From Cyanobacteria bacterium P01_A01_bin.123 (GTDB lineage Bacteria; Cyanobacteriota; Cyanobacteriia; Phormidesmidales; Phormidesmidaceae), in assembly GCA_039815185.1 (NCBI GenBank), contig JBCBZT010000005.1, forward strand, positions 96,001 through 160,000: a stretch of DNA of 64,000 bases. Direction: 5' to 3'. Under the pieces are notes generated by a model. That model did not search any database, had not been told where the DNA came from, and saw only the letters and a list, made by a program, of their open reading frames with translations. This document shows positions 30,159 through 40,591 of this stretch, piece after piece. The position numbers and the translations under genes are program-made. Every line of letters begins with the position of its first letter. Positions within the stretch are counted from its first letter, which is position 1.

Positions 30159-31013
30159 ATGGCTGGATTGCTAGATCACATTCGGATTGTGTTGGTTGAA
30201 CCAGCAGGGGCGTTGAATGTGGGATCTATTGCTCGGGTGATGGCCAATATGGGGTTGTCGCGATTGGTGCTGGTCAATTCCCACTGTGATCCCTTGGGAG
30301 AGGAGGCATTGCGGATGGCCGTTCATGCCGATGGGGTGCTGCATCAGGCGCAGCAGGTGGCTGACTTATCGACGGCGTTGGTCGGGTGTCAGCGAGCGAT
30401 CGCGACCACAGCTCGCCCCCGCGCTGACATGCCCTTAGAAACCCCAGAAGCCGCGCTTCCCTGGCTGCTCAATTCTGATTCGGATGTGCCTTTAGAAACG
30501 GCCTTGATCTTCGGGCCTGAAGATCGGGGGCTAAGCAATGGCGAACTCAACTATGCCCAGCGTTACGTAATGATTCCCGCAAATCCAGCCTATCCGTCGC
30601 TCAATTTGGCCCAGGCGGTGGCAGTGTGTGGTTATGTGTTGCGCCATTGTGCTGATGCGGGTGGGGGGGCTGCAAAATTAGCCCAGATCAGGCATGCTGT
30701 AAGTAGTACATGCACTCTGCCAAATTCCCAGGCGGCTCCAACAGCCCCTAGCCAGACTGTCCTGACGGCTCCCATTGATCAAATTGACGGATATTTCCAA
30801 CATTTAGAAGCCGTTTTGCTCAAAATCGGCTATCTTTACCCCCATACCGCTTCGAGTCGCCTGGAAAAGCTGCGGCGACTTCTGTACAGAGCTGAACCCT
30901 CTGAACAAGAAGTCTCAATGTTGCGTGGCATTCTACGACAGGTAGAATGGGCACTCGATAGGGCTTCATCAGTGGCTGTCGATACTGTTGATGAGGCTGA
31001 AACCGGGGGTTAG
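30159..31013 (+). CDS. trmJ: TrmJ/LasT SPOUT RNA methyltransferase
   Basis: NVGSIARVMANMG, FGPEDRGLSN, SLNLAQAV. Confidence 0.9.
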   Translation: MAGLLDHIRIVLVEPAGALNVGSIARVMANMGLSRLVLVNSHCDPLGEEALRMAVHADGVLHQAQQVADLSTALVGCQRAIATTARPRADMPLETPEAALPWLLNSDSDVPLETALIFGPEDRGLSNGELNYAQRYVMIPANPAYPSLNLAQAVAVCGYVLRHCADAGGGAAKLAQIRHAVSSTCTLPNSQAAPTAPSQTVLTAPIDQIDGYFQHLEAVLLKIGYLYPHTASSRLEKLRRLLYRAEPSEQEVSMLRGILRQVEWALDRASSVAVDTVDEAETGG

Positions 31014-31058
31014 CCCAACGGTTTACCTTGACAATTGTTATTCCATAAGGTTGCTCTT

Positions 31059-33191
31059 ATGTCGGATTACGGCGATGGCCCCCTAAGGCCGGTCTCTGAC
31101 CATCGTGCCCAAGGCATGCGCCCTTCTAGATCCCCTTCGGTTCCTCCCCTGCCGAGATCACAATCGGCATCATCTCCCTATAGTGGCGATTCTCATCCCT
31201 ATAGTGGCGATTCTCAACAGTCCTCTGGTACAGGGTCTGAGTTTGGCGCGAGTCGCTACGATCAAGCCTATGCAGCCCACCAGAGAAATAGTCAGGGAAC
31301 CCAACCCAGTCGGCCCCCCGGGACGAATTCCAATTACGGGTTAACCCCAGATCAAGGTGCACCTCCCCCTACTGCACCGCCTAAAGTGCCCGTCAGACGC
31401 GCCAAAGATTATCCGCGTTCTTCTAGGCAAACTGCAGGGGCATCTGGCTTCAGTCTGAGGCGATGGTTAGCAGGCGGCAAGCCGACCCAGCGCCCCAGAC
31501 GCTCTGAACCCCGCGATTCAAGTCGCCTGGGGCATGATGGTCAGAGACCGGATCCAGAAGGACATCTTCACGGGCGCGATGGCCAGAGGGCAGCCCAGGG
31601 AAGCTATCGCGTTAATTCAATGCGCCAAAGCCCCCCTGCGGTTGTCCCACCCCGGCGACAACTCAAAGTTCCAGCGGCCCCCCAAAGCGATCCAAACAGC
31701 GGTATTCAACCGGCAACTTCGTTTGATCTCTCCTCAACTGGGACGCGAGTGGGGCTCGCTAATGGTTCCCCATCCCCCCAGACCCAAGGGAATGGCAATT
31801 ACTATCAAGATCCCCGCTATGGTGATCCATATCGGCAAAGCCAATCCCCTCAATACCCATCCCCATATTCGCCTGCACCCACGGCTCAACCGTCACCCAA
31901 TCGCCATCGGCATTTGTCGCCTCAGCCACCTGCACTCCAGTCACCTACATCCCAGGCATCTGCACCCCAGGCACCCCAATTTCAGAACAAAGTAACGCCC
32001 CTGCGGCCTCGGGGGGAGCGGCCACTCTCGACGCCTGAAGCCTCGCCGTATCGCAGCCGTGACGATCGCAGTCGTGAGGATCGCCTCCCCCGTCGGACGC
32101 CCCGTCGAACCCAACCGCTACTGCCGCGACCGTTGCTGATTCCCATCCGGTTATTGATTTTAGGAGTCGGCTTGGCTGCGATCGCGGGTACACTGCTCTC
32201 CATTTTGAGCCCCGAGCAAGCAGACTATGCCCAAAATACTGGGGCACCGCCCCCCTCGGCTGAAGCTGCGGCAACCGAGGCAGCAAACACATCCCAGTCT
32301 CCCGGTTTCAGTGCTAATGCCCTACCCCTGGGTACAGAGTTGGTGCATGTCCAAGACACCTTAGAAGAGTTGGTAACCCTCACCCCTGGTCTCACCCAAT
32401 CGGTATTTATGGTGAATCTAGATTCGGGAGCTTATGTAGATGTTGACGGGAGCCAGTCCATGCCCGCCGCCAGCACGATCAAAGTGCCGATTTTAGTTGC
32501 GTTTTTGCAGGCCGTTGACCGGGGCACCATTCGTTTGGATCAGTCTTTGACCCTCAATCAAGAAGATTTGGCAACGGGCTCAGGCGATTTGCAAAACCAG
32601 CCCGTCGGTAGTCAATATTCGGCGCTGGAAGTCGCTAGCCTGATGATCATTACCAGTGACAACACGGCTACGAATATGATCATTCAGTTATTGGGGGGGC
32701 AAGACGGGCTCAATCGTCAGTTTCGCGATTGGGGGCTGACCGAAACAGTACTGCGTAATCCGCTACCCGACTTATCAGGTACAAATACGACCAGTACTCA
32801 GGATTTAGCCAGTTTGATGGCCAGAATTGATCAGGGGCAATTGTTAGAACTGAGATCGCGCGATCGCCTGTTTTCCATCATGCAGCGTACCAAGAGCCGC
32901 AATCTAATTCCATCTGGCGTGGGTACTGAGGCGTTAATTGCCAACAAAACTGGCGACATTGCCTCGACGCTGGGGGATGTTGCGCTAATCGATTTACCCA
33001 ATGGCACCCGCTATGCCCTAGCTGTGCTCACGACTCGTCCTGATAATGATGGTCGGGCCAGGGAATTGATTCGTCGGGTTTCCCAAGAGGTGTATCAAGA
33101 GCTCAAGCAGCCGACGGCCCCGACTGGTGGAGAACCGCCAGTGGAAGTGCCTAACGTGGAAAGTGAGGGAAGTTTGGTGCCTCAGGGGTAA
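31059..33191 (+). CDS. class A beta-lactamase-like serine hydrolase with long disordered N-terminus and a TM
   Basis: AASTIK (SxxK), SDN and KTG motifs. Confidence 0.9.
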   Translation: MSDYGDGPLRPVSDHRAQGMRPSRSPSVPPLPRSQSASSPYSGDSHPYSGDSQQSSGTGSEFGASRYDQAYAAHQRNSQGTQPSRPPGTNSNYGLTPDQGAPPPTAPPKVPVRRAKDYPRSSRQTAGASGFSLRRWLAGGKPTQRPRRSEPRDSSRLGHDGQRPDPEGHLHGRDGQRAAQGSYRVNSMRQSPPAVVPPRRQLKVPAAPQSDPNSGIQPATSFDLSSTGTRVGLANGSPSPQTQGNGNYYQDPRYGDPYRQSQSPQYPSPYSPAPTAQPSPNRHRHLSPQPPALQSPTSQASAPQAPQFQNKVTPLRPRGERPLSTPEASPYRSRDDRSREDRLPRRTPRRTQPLLPRPLLIPIRLLILGVGLAAIAGTLLSILSPEQADYAQNTGAPPPSAEAAATEAANTSQSPGFSANALPLGTELVHVQDTLEELVTLTPGLTQSVFMVNLDSGAYVDVDGSQSMPAASTIKVPILVAFLQAVDRGTIRLDQSLTLNQEDLATGSGDLQNQPVGSQYSALEVASLMIITSDNTATNMIIQLLGGQDGLNRQFRDWGLTETVLRNPLPDLSGTNTTSTQDLASLMARIDQGQLLELRSRDRLFSIMQRTKSRNLIPSGVGTEALIANKTGDIASTLGDVALIDLPNGTRYALAVLTTRPDNDGRARELIRRVSQEVYQELKQPTAPTGGEPPVEVPNVESEGSLVPQG

Positions 33192-33768
33192 ATCGCAGCT
33201 TAGTTGGAAGGCGGGGTTCGAGAGTCTCAGGTATTGCCTCAGCTTCAGCTTCAACTGTTCGAAGAAGCCATTTCGCGATCCTGCACTAAAGATGACGGTG
33301 CCATCAGCCGCTGGCTCATTGAGACTTTAGCCGATTGAGCGATCGCTTTTTCTTGTCAATTGAACGCGATCGCCTACAGTGCCGCGTAGCCGAAGGTAAC
33401 GTTAAACTGCGCGCACCAAATCACTACTGAGCTGTAGTCATCGACGTTTACCGTTTCAAGAATGGCATATCGCTGAGCCCCATTGAAGCTTTCAAGGGTG
33501 GCGATGGTCGTATAATCTTGGGCAACTACCAAACGATCCACAACTCAGGTGCATACGGTCGCGACAACCTGCTCACTACAATCCTTCCTCATGGCTAACC
33601 CCAAATCCTGCCCTACGGAATCGAGATTCTTTGAGCTGAAGTTAAAAGAGAATCTTTGCCAAGCGTTAGGATTTGATCAAGTTCTAGCCTAATCCCGACA
33701 TCCAGGCGGATATCATGACGTTGGCAAGGCTTGTTCAACTTCAGAGTTTTAGTCAGGAGATTTAACCG

Positions 33769-35007
33769 ATGCGTGTGGGCTTACAGTGTTCGCTGAGTGA
33801 TCCCCATCTTGATGTAGCCCAACCGAATAGCCAGCGGCAGCTATCGATGGCGATTTCTGCCATCGTTGATCAGCCGGGGCGGAGTGCACCCCTTAACCTC
33901 TGTCTTGTGCTAGACCACAGCGGTTCAATGCAGGGCACCCCCCTGAGCCAGGTGAAAGAAGCGGCAAATCGAATTGTTGAAAGTCTTTCTCCTAGCGATC
34001 GTCTCTCGATTGTTGTGTTTGACCATAAGGCTAAGGTGCTGATTCCCAACGCCCCCGTCGCCGATCCGATCGAAGTCAAAAGCAAACTGTATTCCCTCAA
34101 AGCCTCTGGCGGCACTTGTATTGACGATGGCCTGAAGTTGGGTATTGAAGAATGTGCCAAAGGCAAACAAGACACGATTTCCCAAATTTTTCTACTGACG
34201 GATGGAGAAAACGAACACGGCGACGACTTGCGCTGTTTGAAGCTGGCTGAACTTGCCGCTGACTACACCATTACCCTCAACAGCCTGGGTTTTGGCGACC
34301 ACTGGAATCAAGACGTGCTTGAGCGGATCGCTGATGCGGGCAGTGGCAGTCTGACCTATATTCAGGAACCCGAAGACGCGATCGCCGAATTTAGCCGCCT
34401 CTTCACACGCATTCAGTCCGTCGGGTTGACCAATGCCTACCTCAGTATTCAGCTCTCAGATGCCGCTCGTCTGGCAGAACTCAAACCCATTGCCCAAGTT
34501 GCGCCAGAAACGATTGAGCTATCGGTAATTCAAGAAGCCAATCAGGTTTTAGTCCGCTTGGGAGATTTGATGGTGGATGCCCCCCGCGTGGTCTTGGCCA
34601 ATCTCTATATTCACCAGTTGCCCCCCGGCGCCCATCCCATTGCCACCGTGCAAGTGCGCTACGACGATCCCGCCTTAGGCCAAACTGAGCTGACTTCAGA
34701 ATCAATTCGGGTTGAGGTTACGGGACAGGCCCAGTATCAGGCGACGCCTAATCCTCACGTACAGCAGCATGTGCTGGCGCTAGCCAAGTATCGACAAACT
34801 CAAATTGCTGAAACCAAACTGCAATCGGGCGATCGCCAGGGCGCAGTTACCCTGTTGCAATCGGCAGCCAAAACCGCGCTGCAAATGGGCGACCAAAACG
34901 CTGCCACCGTGCTGCAAGAAAATGCCACTCGCCTGCAATCTGGAGAAGCTCTGTCGGAACGCGATCGTAAACAAACGCGTATTGCCTCAAAAACCACCCT
35001 ACAGTGA
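33769..35007 (+). CDS. VWA-domain protein
   Basis: MIDAS DHSGSM, GGT, LLTDGE; RBS AGGAG. Confidence 0.92.
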   Translation: MRVGLQCSLSDPHLDVAQPNSQRQLSMAISAIVDQPGRSAPLNLCLVLDHSGSMQGTPLSQVKEAANRIVESLSPSDRLSIVVFDHKAKVLIPNAPVADPIEVKSKLYSLKASGGTCIDDGLKLGIEECAKGKQDTISQIFLLTDGENEHGDDLRCLKLAELAADYTITLNSLGFGDHWNQDVLERIADAGSGSLTYIQEPEDAIAEFSRLFTRIQSVGLTNAYLSIQLSDAARLAELKPIAQVAPETIELSVIQEANQVLVRLGDLMVDAPRVVLANLYIHQLPPGAHPIATVQVRYDDPALGQTELTSESIRVEVTGQAQYQATPNPHVQQHVLALAKYRQTQIAETKLQSGDRQGAVTLLQSAAKTALQMGDQNAATVLQENATRLQSGEALSERDRKQTRIASKTTLQ

Positions 35008-35036
35008 TGTCCGGTTAACTCCCCGGTCAACGGACA

Positions 35037-35534
35037 ATGACTATTGACTACCGCCTCTTATCACCCACGGATACCCCCATCCTGTGGGAAATGCTGATGT
35101 ACGCTGCCCATGAGCCATCGATTAAAGCTGTGCAGCAAAATCCCGAGCTAGCAAGATACAGCCTCAATTGGGGCCGACCCGGGGATATGGGGATCTTGGC
35201 CCAAACCCTCACACAACCCGTCGGAGCCGCGTGGTTGCGACTGTGGTCCGATAGTGAGAAGGGATACGGCTATGTTGATGCAGAGACGCCCGAACTCGCG
35301 ATCGCGGTTGCCCCTAATTATCGGGGTCAGGGTGTTGGAACCCAACTTCTAGAAAAGGTTTTGGCTCAAGCTCGCCCCCATTACACCACCGTATCCCTCA
35401 GCGTCCGCGAGGATAATCCGGTGTTAAGGCTCTATCTGCGGTTGGGTTTCGTAAAAGTTCCCAACAGTGATGTTTCTAATCGAACGGGCAGCACTTCGTT
35501 CACAATGGTCTACGCTACCAATTTAGAATTTTAG
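35037..35534 (+). CDS. GNAT acetyltransferase
   Basis: VAPNYRGQGVG, LYLRLGF. Confidence 0.9.
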   Translation: MTIDYRLLSPTDTPILWEMLMYAAHEPSIKAVQQNPELARYSLNWGRPGDMGILAQTLTQPVGAAWLRLWSDSEKGYGYVDAETPELAIAVAPNYRGQGVGTQLLEKVLAQARPHYTTVSLSVREDNPVLRLYLRLGFVKVPNSDVSNRTGSTSFTMVYATNLEF

Positions 35535-35633
35535 ATGTTTTGCCAAGAGGTTGTAGCCTCTCTGTTTGTGGCCGTTAAAACGTGAAAAAGTAGCCTTTGG
35601 AAGGCCAACATAAATTCTGATTGCTGTATTTGT

Positions 35634-36872
35634 CTACTCTTGTAGTTCTTGTGGCAACGCCGTAGGTCGAACTTCTAAGATTTCTGTTTCACCAGTGCGT
35701 TCAATTTCCACTTCTAGTACTTCGCCGATGCTGCTCGATTCAACTTGATTTTGCACTTCGCTGGCATCCTTTACCGAGTTGCCATTGATGCGCTTGATAA
35801 TGTCTCCCTGTTTCAATCCTGATGCTTCGGCGGGGGTGCCTTCCATCACCCGCACAATGATCACCCCTTCCGCTTGCTCAACTTTGAAATCCAGCTCTTC
35901 GTCTTGGTTGATCTGCTCTTTCATCTCAGGGGTGAGGTTGACCATTTGAATCCCTAAATAGGGATGCTGGACTTCTCCAGTTTCAAATAGCTGATCAGAA
36001 ATCCGCTTGGCTGTTTCGATCGGGATGGCAAAGCCTAATCCTTGGGCGTTAGCGCGAATGGCGGTATTCATGCCAATCACCTCCCCTTGGTCGTTAAGCA
36101 GTGGGCCACCAGAATTACCAGGATTAATCGCAGCGTCGGTTTGGATAAACTGAACCCGCTTGTCAGGTACACCCACTTGTGAACTGCTGCGACCCAGGGC
36201 ACTAATAATGCCTGCCGTAACCGTATTATCGAGGCCAAGGGGATTACCAATGGCGATTGCCCATTGCCCTGGAGCCAAGTTTTCCGTTGATCCGAGCTGC
36301 ACTGTGGGTAAATCAGTCGCTTCAATTTTAATCACAGCCACATCAGTGACCGGATCTGACCCCATGACTTTACCGTCAAAGGTACGGCCATCTTTGAGCG
36401 TGACTATCACCTCTGTTGCCCCTTCAACTACGTGGGCATTGGTAATCAAACGCCCGTCATTAGTGAGAATAAAGCCAGACCCAGTGCCTTGCTCAATGCG
36501 CTCAGGGGTGGGGGCTGCGGGCGCCTCATCCCCAAAAAAGCGCTTAAACAGGGGATGTTGTTGAAAGGCATTAGGTAGCCCGCTAACGGTACGAGCCGAA
36601 TCAATCCGAACGACGGCAGGGCCAACTTGTTCAACGGCTTCAGCAATAAAATTAGGATTGCTTTGCAGCGGCAACCGACTTTGCGCCAAGGCGGGCTCTT
36701 GCTGGTTGGCAGTTTGCAAGGCAGTCGTTATGGTCTCCGCTTGAGGAATCGTTGCGTCACTCGACGTTTCGGGAGATGGGGACATCAGGATCTGATAGCT
36801 GGCAATGCCTAGTCCGCTACCCGTCGCCAATAACCCTACATAAAGCCCCAACTGTTTTAACGAGAGAGCCAT
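35634..36872 (-). CDS. htrA: HhoA/HhoB/HtrA serine protease with PDZ domain
   Basis: TNAHVV, DVAVIK, GNSGGPL catalytic triad; PDZ domain. Confidence 0.93.
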   Translation of the reverse strand: MALSLKQLGLYVGLLATGSGLGIASYQILMSPSPETSSDATIPQAETITTALQTANQQEPALAQSRLPLQSNPNFIAEAVEQVGPAVVRIDSARTVSGLPNAFQQHPLFKRFFGDEAPAAPTPERIEQGTGSGFILTNDGRLITNAHVVEGATEVIVTLKDGRTFDGKVMGSDPVTDVAVIKIEATDLPTVQLGSTENLAPGQWAIAIGNPLGLDNTVTAGIISALGRSSSQVGVPDKRVQFIQTDAAINPGNSGGPLLNDQGEVIGMNTAIRANAQGLGFAIPIETAKRISDQLFETGEVQHPYLGIQMVNLTPEMKEQINQDEELDFKVEQAEGVIIVRVMEGTPAEASGLKQGDIIKRINGNSVKDASEVQNQVESSSIGEVLEVEIERTGETEILEVRPTALPQELQE

Positions 36873-37136
36873 CTAAACCGTCCTATAGCCAATTGCGTTG
36901 ATATGTTGCCTCTACTCTAGCGAATTCCTCCACTTTGGCGGATTTAAACTTGATGCGACTGAATCTTTTGGTGTGGGCTTGCGTCAACGTTGATAGTTAG
37001 AGGTTTAAAGCCTCTAGGGTCAGCGTTAGGCTAGGGCCAGAGGTCTTTCTAAAGGTTTTTTTAGACGTGGCTCATCGCCATTATGCACCGATAGACCAGT
37101 CTCCCCCACTGACTCTGTATTATTCTCGTTGTTCCC

Positions 37137-38132
37137 ATGCGTGTCCGATTATCGATTCCTATCCGATACCTGTCGCTGGCCCGGTCTTTAACCATCGCAG
37201 CCAGCAGTATGATCTGCTTCGGCGTTGTCCAACCGAGCGTCATGGCCCTAATGCTGGCCCCAACCTCCCCGATTGGAACCAAGCAGACCTCTGACACACC
37301 TGTCGAGTCCAGGGACAATCAGGGCACTCAACTTTGTCGTGACCCGGCCTTAGAACGGGTGCGCCAACATACCGTTGCTGAGGGAGAGACCTTAGACGCG
37401 ATCGCGCAGCAATATCGCTTGATTCCCGCTACGCTACTCGGGTTTAACCCAGCGCTGCAACAACGGCAGATCCAGGTAGGCGATCGCTTAGATGTTCCAC
37501 CGTTCAACGGCATTCGAGTGCAGGTACCCAGCGGGCAAACCTGGGTACAAGTCGCCGAAGCCTATGGGATTGGCGCAGATGTGTTGTTTGAGGTGAATGG
37601 CTGTGGCGCTACAGTGCCAGCCAATATCTTTGTGCCTGGGGTGAATTGGTTCCCAGGGGTGGCAACCACCAGTACTGCTGCCACAGCGCCCACGGATCAT
37701 GGCTTAAACGGATACCCACTACCTGAGCGAGCACCCATTATTTTGGGTTACGGTTGGCAACCGGACCCCACAGGCAATCAACCGATCTTTAGCAGCGGTG
37801 TAGCTTTGGGGGCGATCGCGAATATATCCGTGTTAGCTGTGGGGGATGGGGTAGTCGCCTTTGCGGGTGCCCAGCCCGATGATTCCTCAAGAAATTTGGT
37901 AGTGATTAACCACGACCAAGGGATACAAACCCGCTACGCCAACTTGGGTGAGGTCAACGTTTCGGTGGGGCAACGGGTCAGCCAAGGGACTCAGTTGGGT
38001 CGGTTGGGGGAGGCAAATCAGGGGAGTGATCGGCAGCGATCGGCACTCTATTTTGAAGTGCGTACCAATTCTGAGCTGGGCTGGGTTGCCCAAAACCCCC
38101 AACGCTATATCCCTGAACTCGGCTTGCGCTAA
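37137..38132 (+). CDS. LysM-containing M23 peptidase-family protein
   Basis: Two LysM-like repeats plus M23-type fold; HxH appears replaced (TRYANL, ALYFEVR). Confidence 0.85.
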   Translation: MRVRLSIPIRYLSLARSLTIAASSMICFGVVQPSVMALMLAPTSPIGTKQTSDTPVESRDNQGTQLCRDPALERVRQHTVAEGETLDAIAQQYRLIPATLLGFNPALQQRQIQVGDRLDVPPFNGIRVQVPSGQTWVQVAEAYGIGADVLFEVNGCGATVPANIFVPGVNWFPGVATTSTAATAPTDHGLNGYPLPERAPIILGYGWQPDPTGNQPIFSSGVALGAIANISVLAVGDGVVAFAGAQPDDSSRNLVVINHDQGIQTRYANLGEVNVSVGQRVSQGTQLGRLGEANQGSDRQRSALYFEVRTNSELGWVAQNPQRYIPELGLR

Positions 38133-38181
38133 ATATAAGCACTAGTAATTTTGTAGCATTATTGTCAAGTAACGCCTACAA

Positions 38182-39120
38182 TTGCCGTTAACGCTTACCA
38201 GTAGCGGCCTATGCGGGATAGCGCCTATGACCCAACCCCCAAAGCCATCGGCTGATTTAACGCGAACCCTATTCTCTGGGGGAAACTTCGCCCTATCGCC
38301 AACAGGCCCACTCAGGCCTGCCTTTTGGTATAACCTTTTGCGCCATCGACCGTTTTGGTTGTTAGGGGCGCTTTGGTTCTGCTGCTTGTTAATTTCAATG
38401 GTTGCCATGGGGGGACTGCTCGATCCTGGGGTTGAGGCAGAAAAAGCGCCCCCTACTGTTGAAATCCCCACCACTGTTGGGCCTAGGGCCGTTACAGATC
38501 CAGAAGGCTTCACGACCTATGCTGAGACTCCTGATGGTGCTGATGCGACCTCTGAAACCCCATTGGGTACAGAAATCGAACCTGCCTTAGAAGCTAAATT
38601 AAGCCCAGCCGTTTTGCTTGCCTTCATCGGCATTTGTAGTAGTGGCTGTTGGCTGCTATCTCGTTATTTACAAGCCCCACGCCATTTACCTAAAGCGCGG
38701 ATGCGCCAGCGGAAATCTCGCGCTGTTCAACCCGAAGCCAACCCAACCGTCTCCGCCGCAGTAGCTATTCAACCCCCTGTTAAACGACTGAAGCCGTTTG
38801 ACTCAGCTCAGGTACCGTCACTCTATACAGACGGTAAATTGCCCTGGAAAACTGCCCAGGCCTTTAGTCCTAGGTCGTCCCAATCAACTGAAATCCCTCA
38901 GGTGCAAAATTCACCCCCCCCTTCCCCTTATCCCCCCATTTCTCCATCTCCCTCGACCCCATCGGGCACAGCATCAACCCCAGGCAACCCAGAGACGGAA
39001 ACTCGGGCTGAAGCCAGCTTAGTCTCTGAAGAGGCTACCCATGCCCTTGACTGGCCAGAGGGTAGCATTGCCCACCAAATGGATTTGCGCCAGCGGCGAT
39101 CGCTCTCTTCTCTGCTATAG
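38182..39120 (+). CDS. hypothetical membrane protein (start uncertain)
   Basis: Two TMs; C-terminal LDWPEGSIAHQMDLRQRRSLSSLL. Confidence 0.7.
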   Translation: MPLTLTSSGLCGIAPMTQPPKPSADLTRTLFSGGNFALSPTGPLRPAFWYNLLRHRPFWLLGALWFCCLLISMVAMGGLLDPGVEAEKAPPTVEIPTTVGPRAVTDPEGFTTYAETPDGADATSETPLGTEIEPALEAKLSPAVLLAFIGICSSGCWLLSRYLQAPRHLPKARMRQRKSRAVQPEANPTVSAAVAIQPPVKRLKPFDSAQVPSLYTDGKLPWKTAQAFSPRSSQSTEIPQVQNSPPPSPYPPISPSPSTPSGTASTPGNPETETRAEASLVSEEATHALDWPEGSIAHQMDLRQRRSLSSLL

Positions 39121-39128
39121 CCAGTAAG

Positions 39129-40049
39129 TTGGTTCCCCTCCCCGTTGTTTTCCATCCTGACTATGTGTCGCCACTGCCGCCGGGTCATCGGTTTCCGATG
39201 GCTAAGTTTGGGCTGATTTGTGATTTGCTACTTGCCGATAGGGTGGTCAGCACCCACGACATCTATTATCCAGGTGCCCCCATCGCTGAGTGGATTGAAC
39301 TTGTCCACCAGGCTGACTATGTGGCAGCTTACTGCAACGGCAGCTTAGCGGCCAAGGCCCAACGCCGCATTGGCTTACCCTGGAGTCCAAATCTAGTCAA
39401 ACGGACCTGTACTGCCGTGGGTGGGACGATTTTAACGGCGAAGCTGGCCCTAAAACGGGGGATTGCCTGCAATACTGCTGGGGGGACTCACCATGCGTTT
39501 CCAGATTATGGTGCGGGGTTTTGCATTTTTAACGACCTCGCGATCGCGGCTCGAGTCTTACAAACTCAGCAGCTCGTCCGAAAAATCTTGATTGTAGATC
39601 TCGATGTCCACCAAGGGGATGGTACCGCCTGGATTTTTCGCGACGATCCCAGTGTGTTTACCTTCTCCATGCACTGCGGCGTTAACTTTCCACTACGCAA
39701 GCAACAAAGTGATTTGGATGTGCCCCTAGCAGAAGGCACCGGAGATGAAATCTATCTAAAAAAATTGCGTGATCACTTACCCGATTTGCTCACCCATATC
39801 AAACCCGATTTAGTGCTCTACGATGCCGGGGTTGATACCCATTACGGCGATCGCCTGGGCAAACTAGCGCTGACTGATATGGGGCTATATGCAAGGGAAA
39901 CTTATGTTCTAGAGACCTGTGTTGCCGCTGGCTATCCCGTGGCCTGCGTTATCGGCGGCGGCTACGCAGAAGATATGACTGCCTTGGTAAACCGTCACGC
40001 CCTGCTGCATCGAGCCGCTGCAGCAGTTTACAGCAAGTATCAATTGTAG
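39129..40049 (+). CDS. histone deacetylase-family protein
   Basis: GGTHHA, GFCIFND, DLDVHQGDG, GGGY. Confidence 0.95.
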   Translation: MVPLPVVFHPDYVSPLPPGHRFPMAKFGLICDLLLADRVVSTHDIYYPGAPIAEWIELVHQADYVAAYCNGSLAAKAQRRIGLPWSPNLVKRTCTAVGGTILTAKLALKRGIACNTAGGTHHAFPDYGAGFCIFNDLAIAARVLQTQQLVRKILIVDLDVHQGDGTAWIFRDDPSVFTFSMHCGVNFPLRKQQSDLDVPLAEGTGDEIYLKKLRDHLPDLLTHIKPDLVLYDAGVDTHYGDRLGKLALTDMGLYARETYVLETCVAAGYPVACVIGGGYAEDMTALVNRHALLHRAAAAVYSKYQL

Positions 40050-40082
40050 AATTGATCAGGTGGGCACTTTATCTGTCACCCG

Positions 40083-40112
40083 TTGATAGAGACAAACGCC
40101 AAATGCTATATT
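40083..40112 (+). promoter_or_regulatory. probable tRNA promoter
   Basis: TTGATA-N18-TATATT with extended -10 TG. Confidence 0.5.
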
Positions 40113-40128
40113 AAGAAACGCGATTCAT

Positions 40129-40202
40129 GGCGAGCGTAGCCAAGTGGTTAAGGCAGTGGATTGTGATTCCACCATTCGCGGGTTCGACCCCCGTCGTTCG
40201 CC
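40129..40202 (+). tRNA. trnH: tRNA-His(GUG), G-1 encoded, CCA not encoded
   Basis: Acceptor GCGAGCG/CGTTCGC; anticodon stem GTGGA/TCCAC with loop TTGTGAT; GGTTCGA T-loop; C73. Confidence 0.97.
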
Positions 40203-40228
40203 CTTATTACAGCGATCGGGTTTCAAGA

Positions 40229-40249
40229 CTTGCCAAAATCTTGCCAAAA
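40229..40249 (+). repeat. tandem CTTGCCAAAA repeat, candidate integrase arm-type sites
   Basis: Two 10-bp copies with 11-bp period, just past the tRNA 3' end. Confidence 0.5.
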
Positions 40250-40367
40250 ATGAGCGGGTTTTTGGGCCTGATAAAGTTGCTTAGAAAAGCAATTTTTAGC
40301 GCTTTAAGGTTCAGTAGGCATAATCCCCTAGATGCGGTGCGTCGCCAGCAAATCTAGGGAGGACTCC

Positions 40368-40553
40368 ATGGAAAAGAACAATATTGCTGCGATCGTCATC
40401 GTCGTGGTGCTGGGTTTTGTTAGCACCACCCTGGGTTTGGCCCTGATTCTCAGGCCATCCCCTCAAGTCGTTGCACAGCCTGAGGTAGAAACTACGGAGG
40501 AGCCGCAAGCCCCAGCAGCCAGCACGCCTGCGGTGGTTGACACAGAGGATTAA
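40368..40553 (+). CDS. small single-TM protein (moron-like)
   Basis: GGAGG RBS; N-terminal TM; acidic Pro-rich tail. Confidence 0.7.
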   Translation: MEKNNIAAIVIVVVLGFVSTTLGLALILRPSPQVVAQPEVETTEEPQAPAASTPAVVDTED

Positions 40554-40557
40554 GTTG

Positions 40558-40591
40558 AACTTTAAACACGGGAATTCCCGTGTTTAAAGTT
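40558..40591. terminator. 34-bp perfect palindrome between convergent genes
   Basis: AACTTTAAACACGGGAATTCCCGTGTTTAAAGTT. Confidence 0.7.

Noticed and set aside
31175..31216. 21-bp tandem repeat (PYSGDS twice)
   Set aside because: Ordinary slippage in a disordered coding region
40127..40357. 76-aa ORF
   Set aside because: Overlaps tRNA-His; spurious
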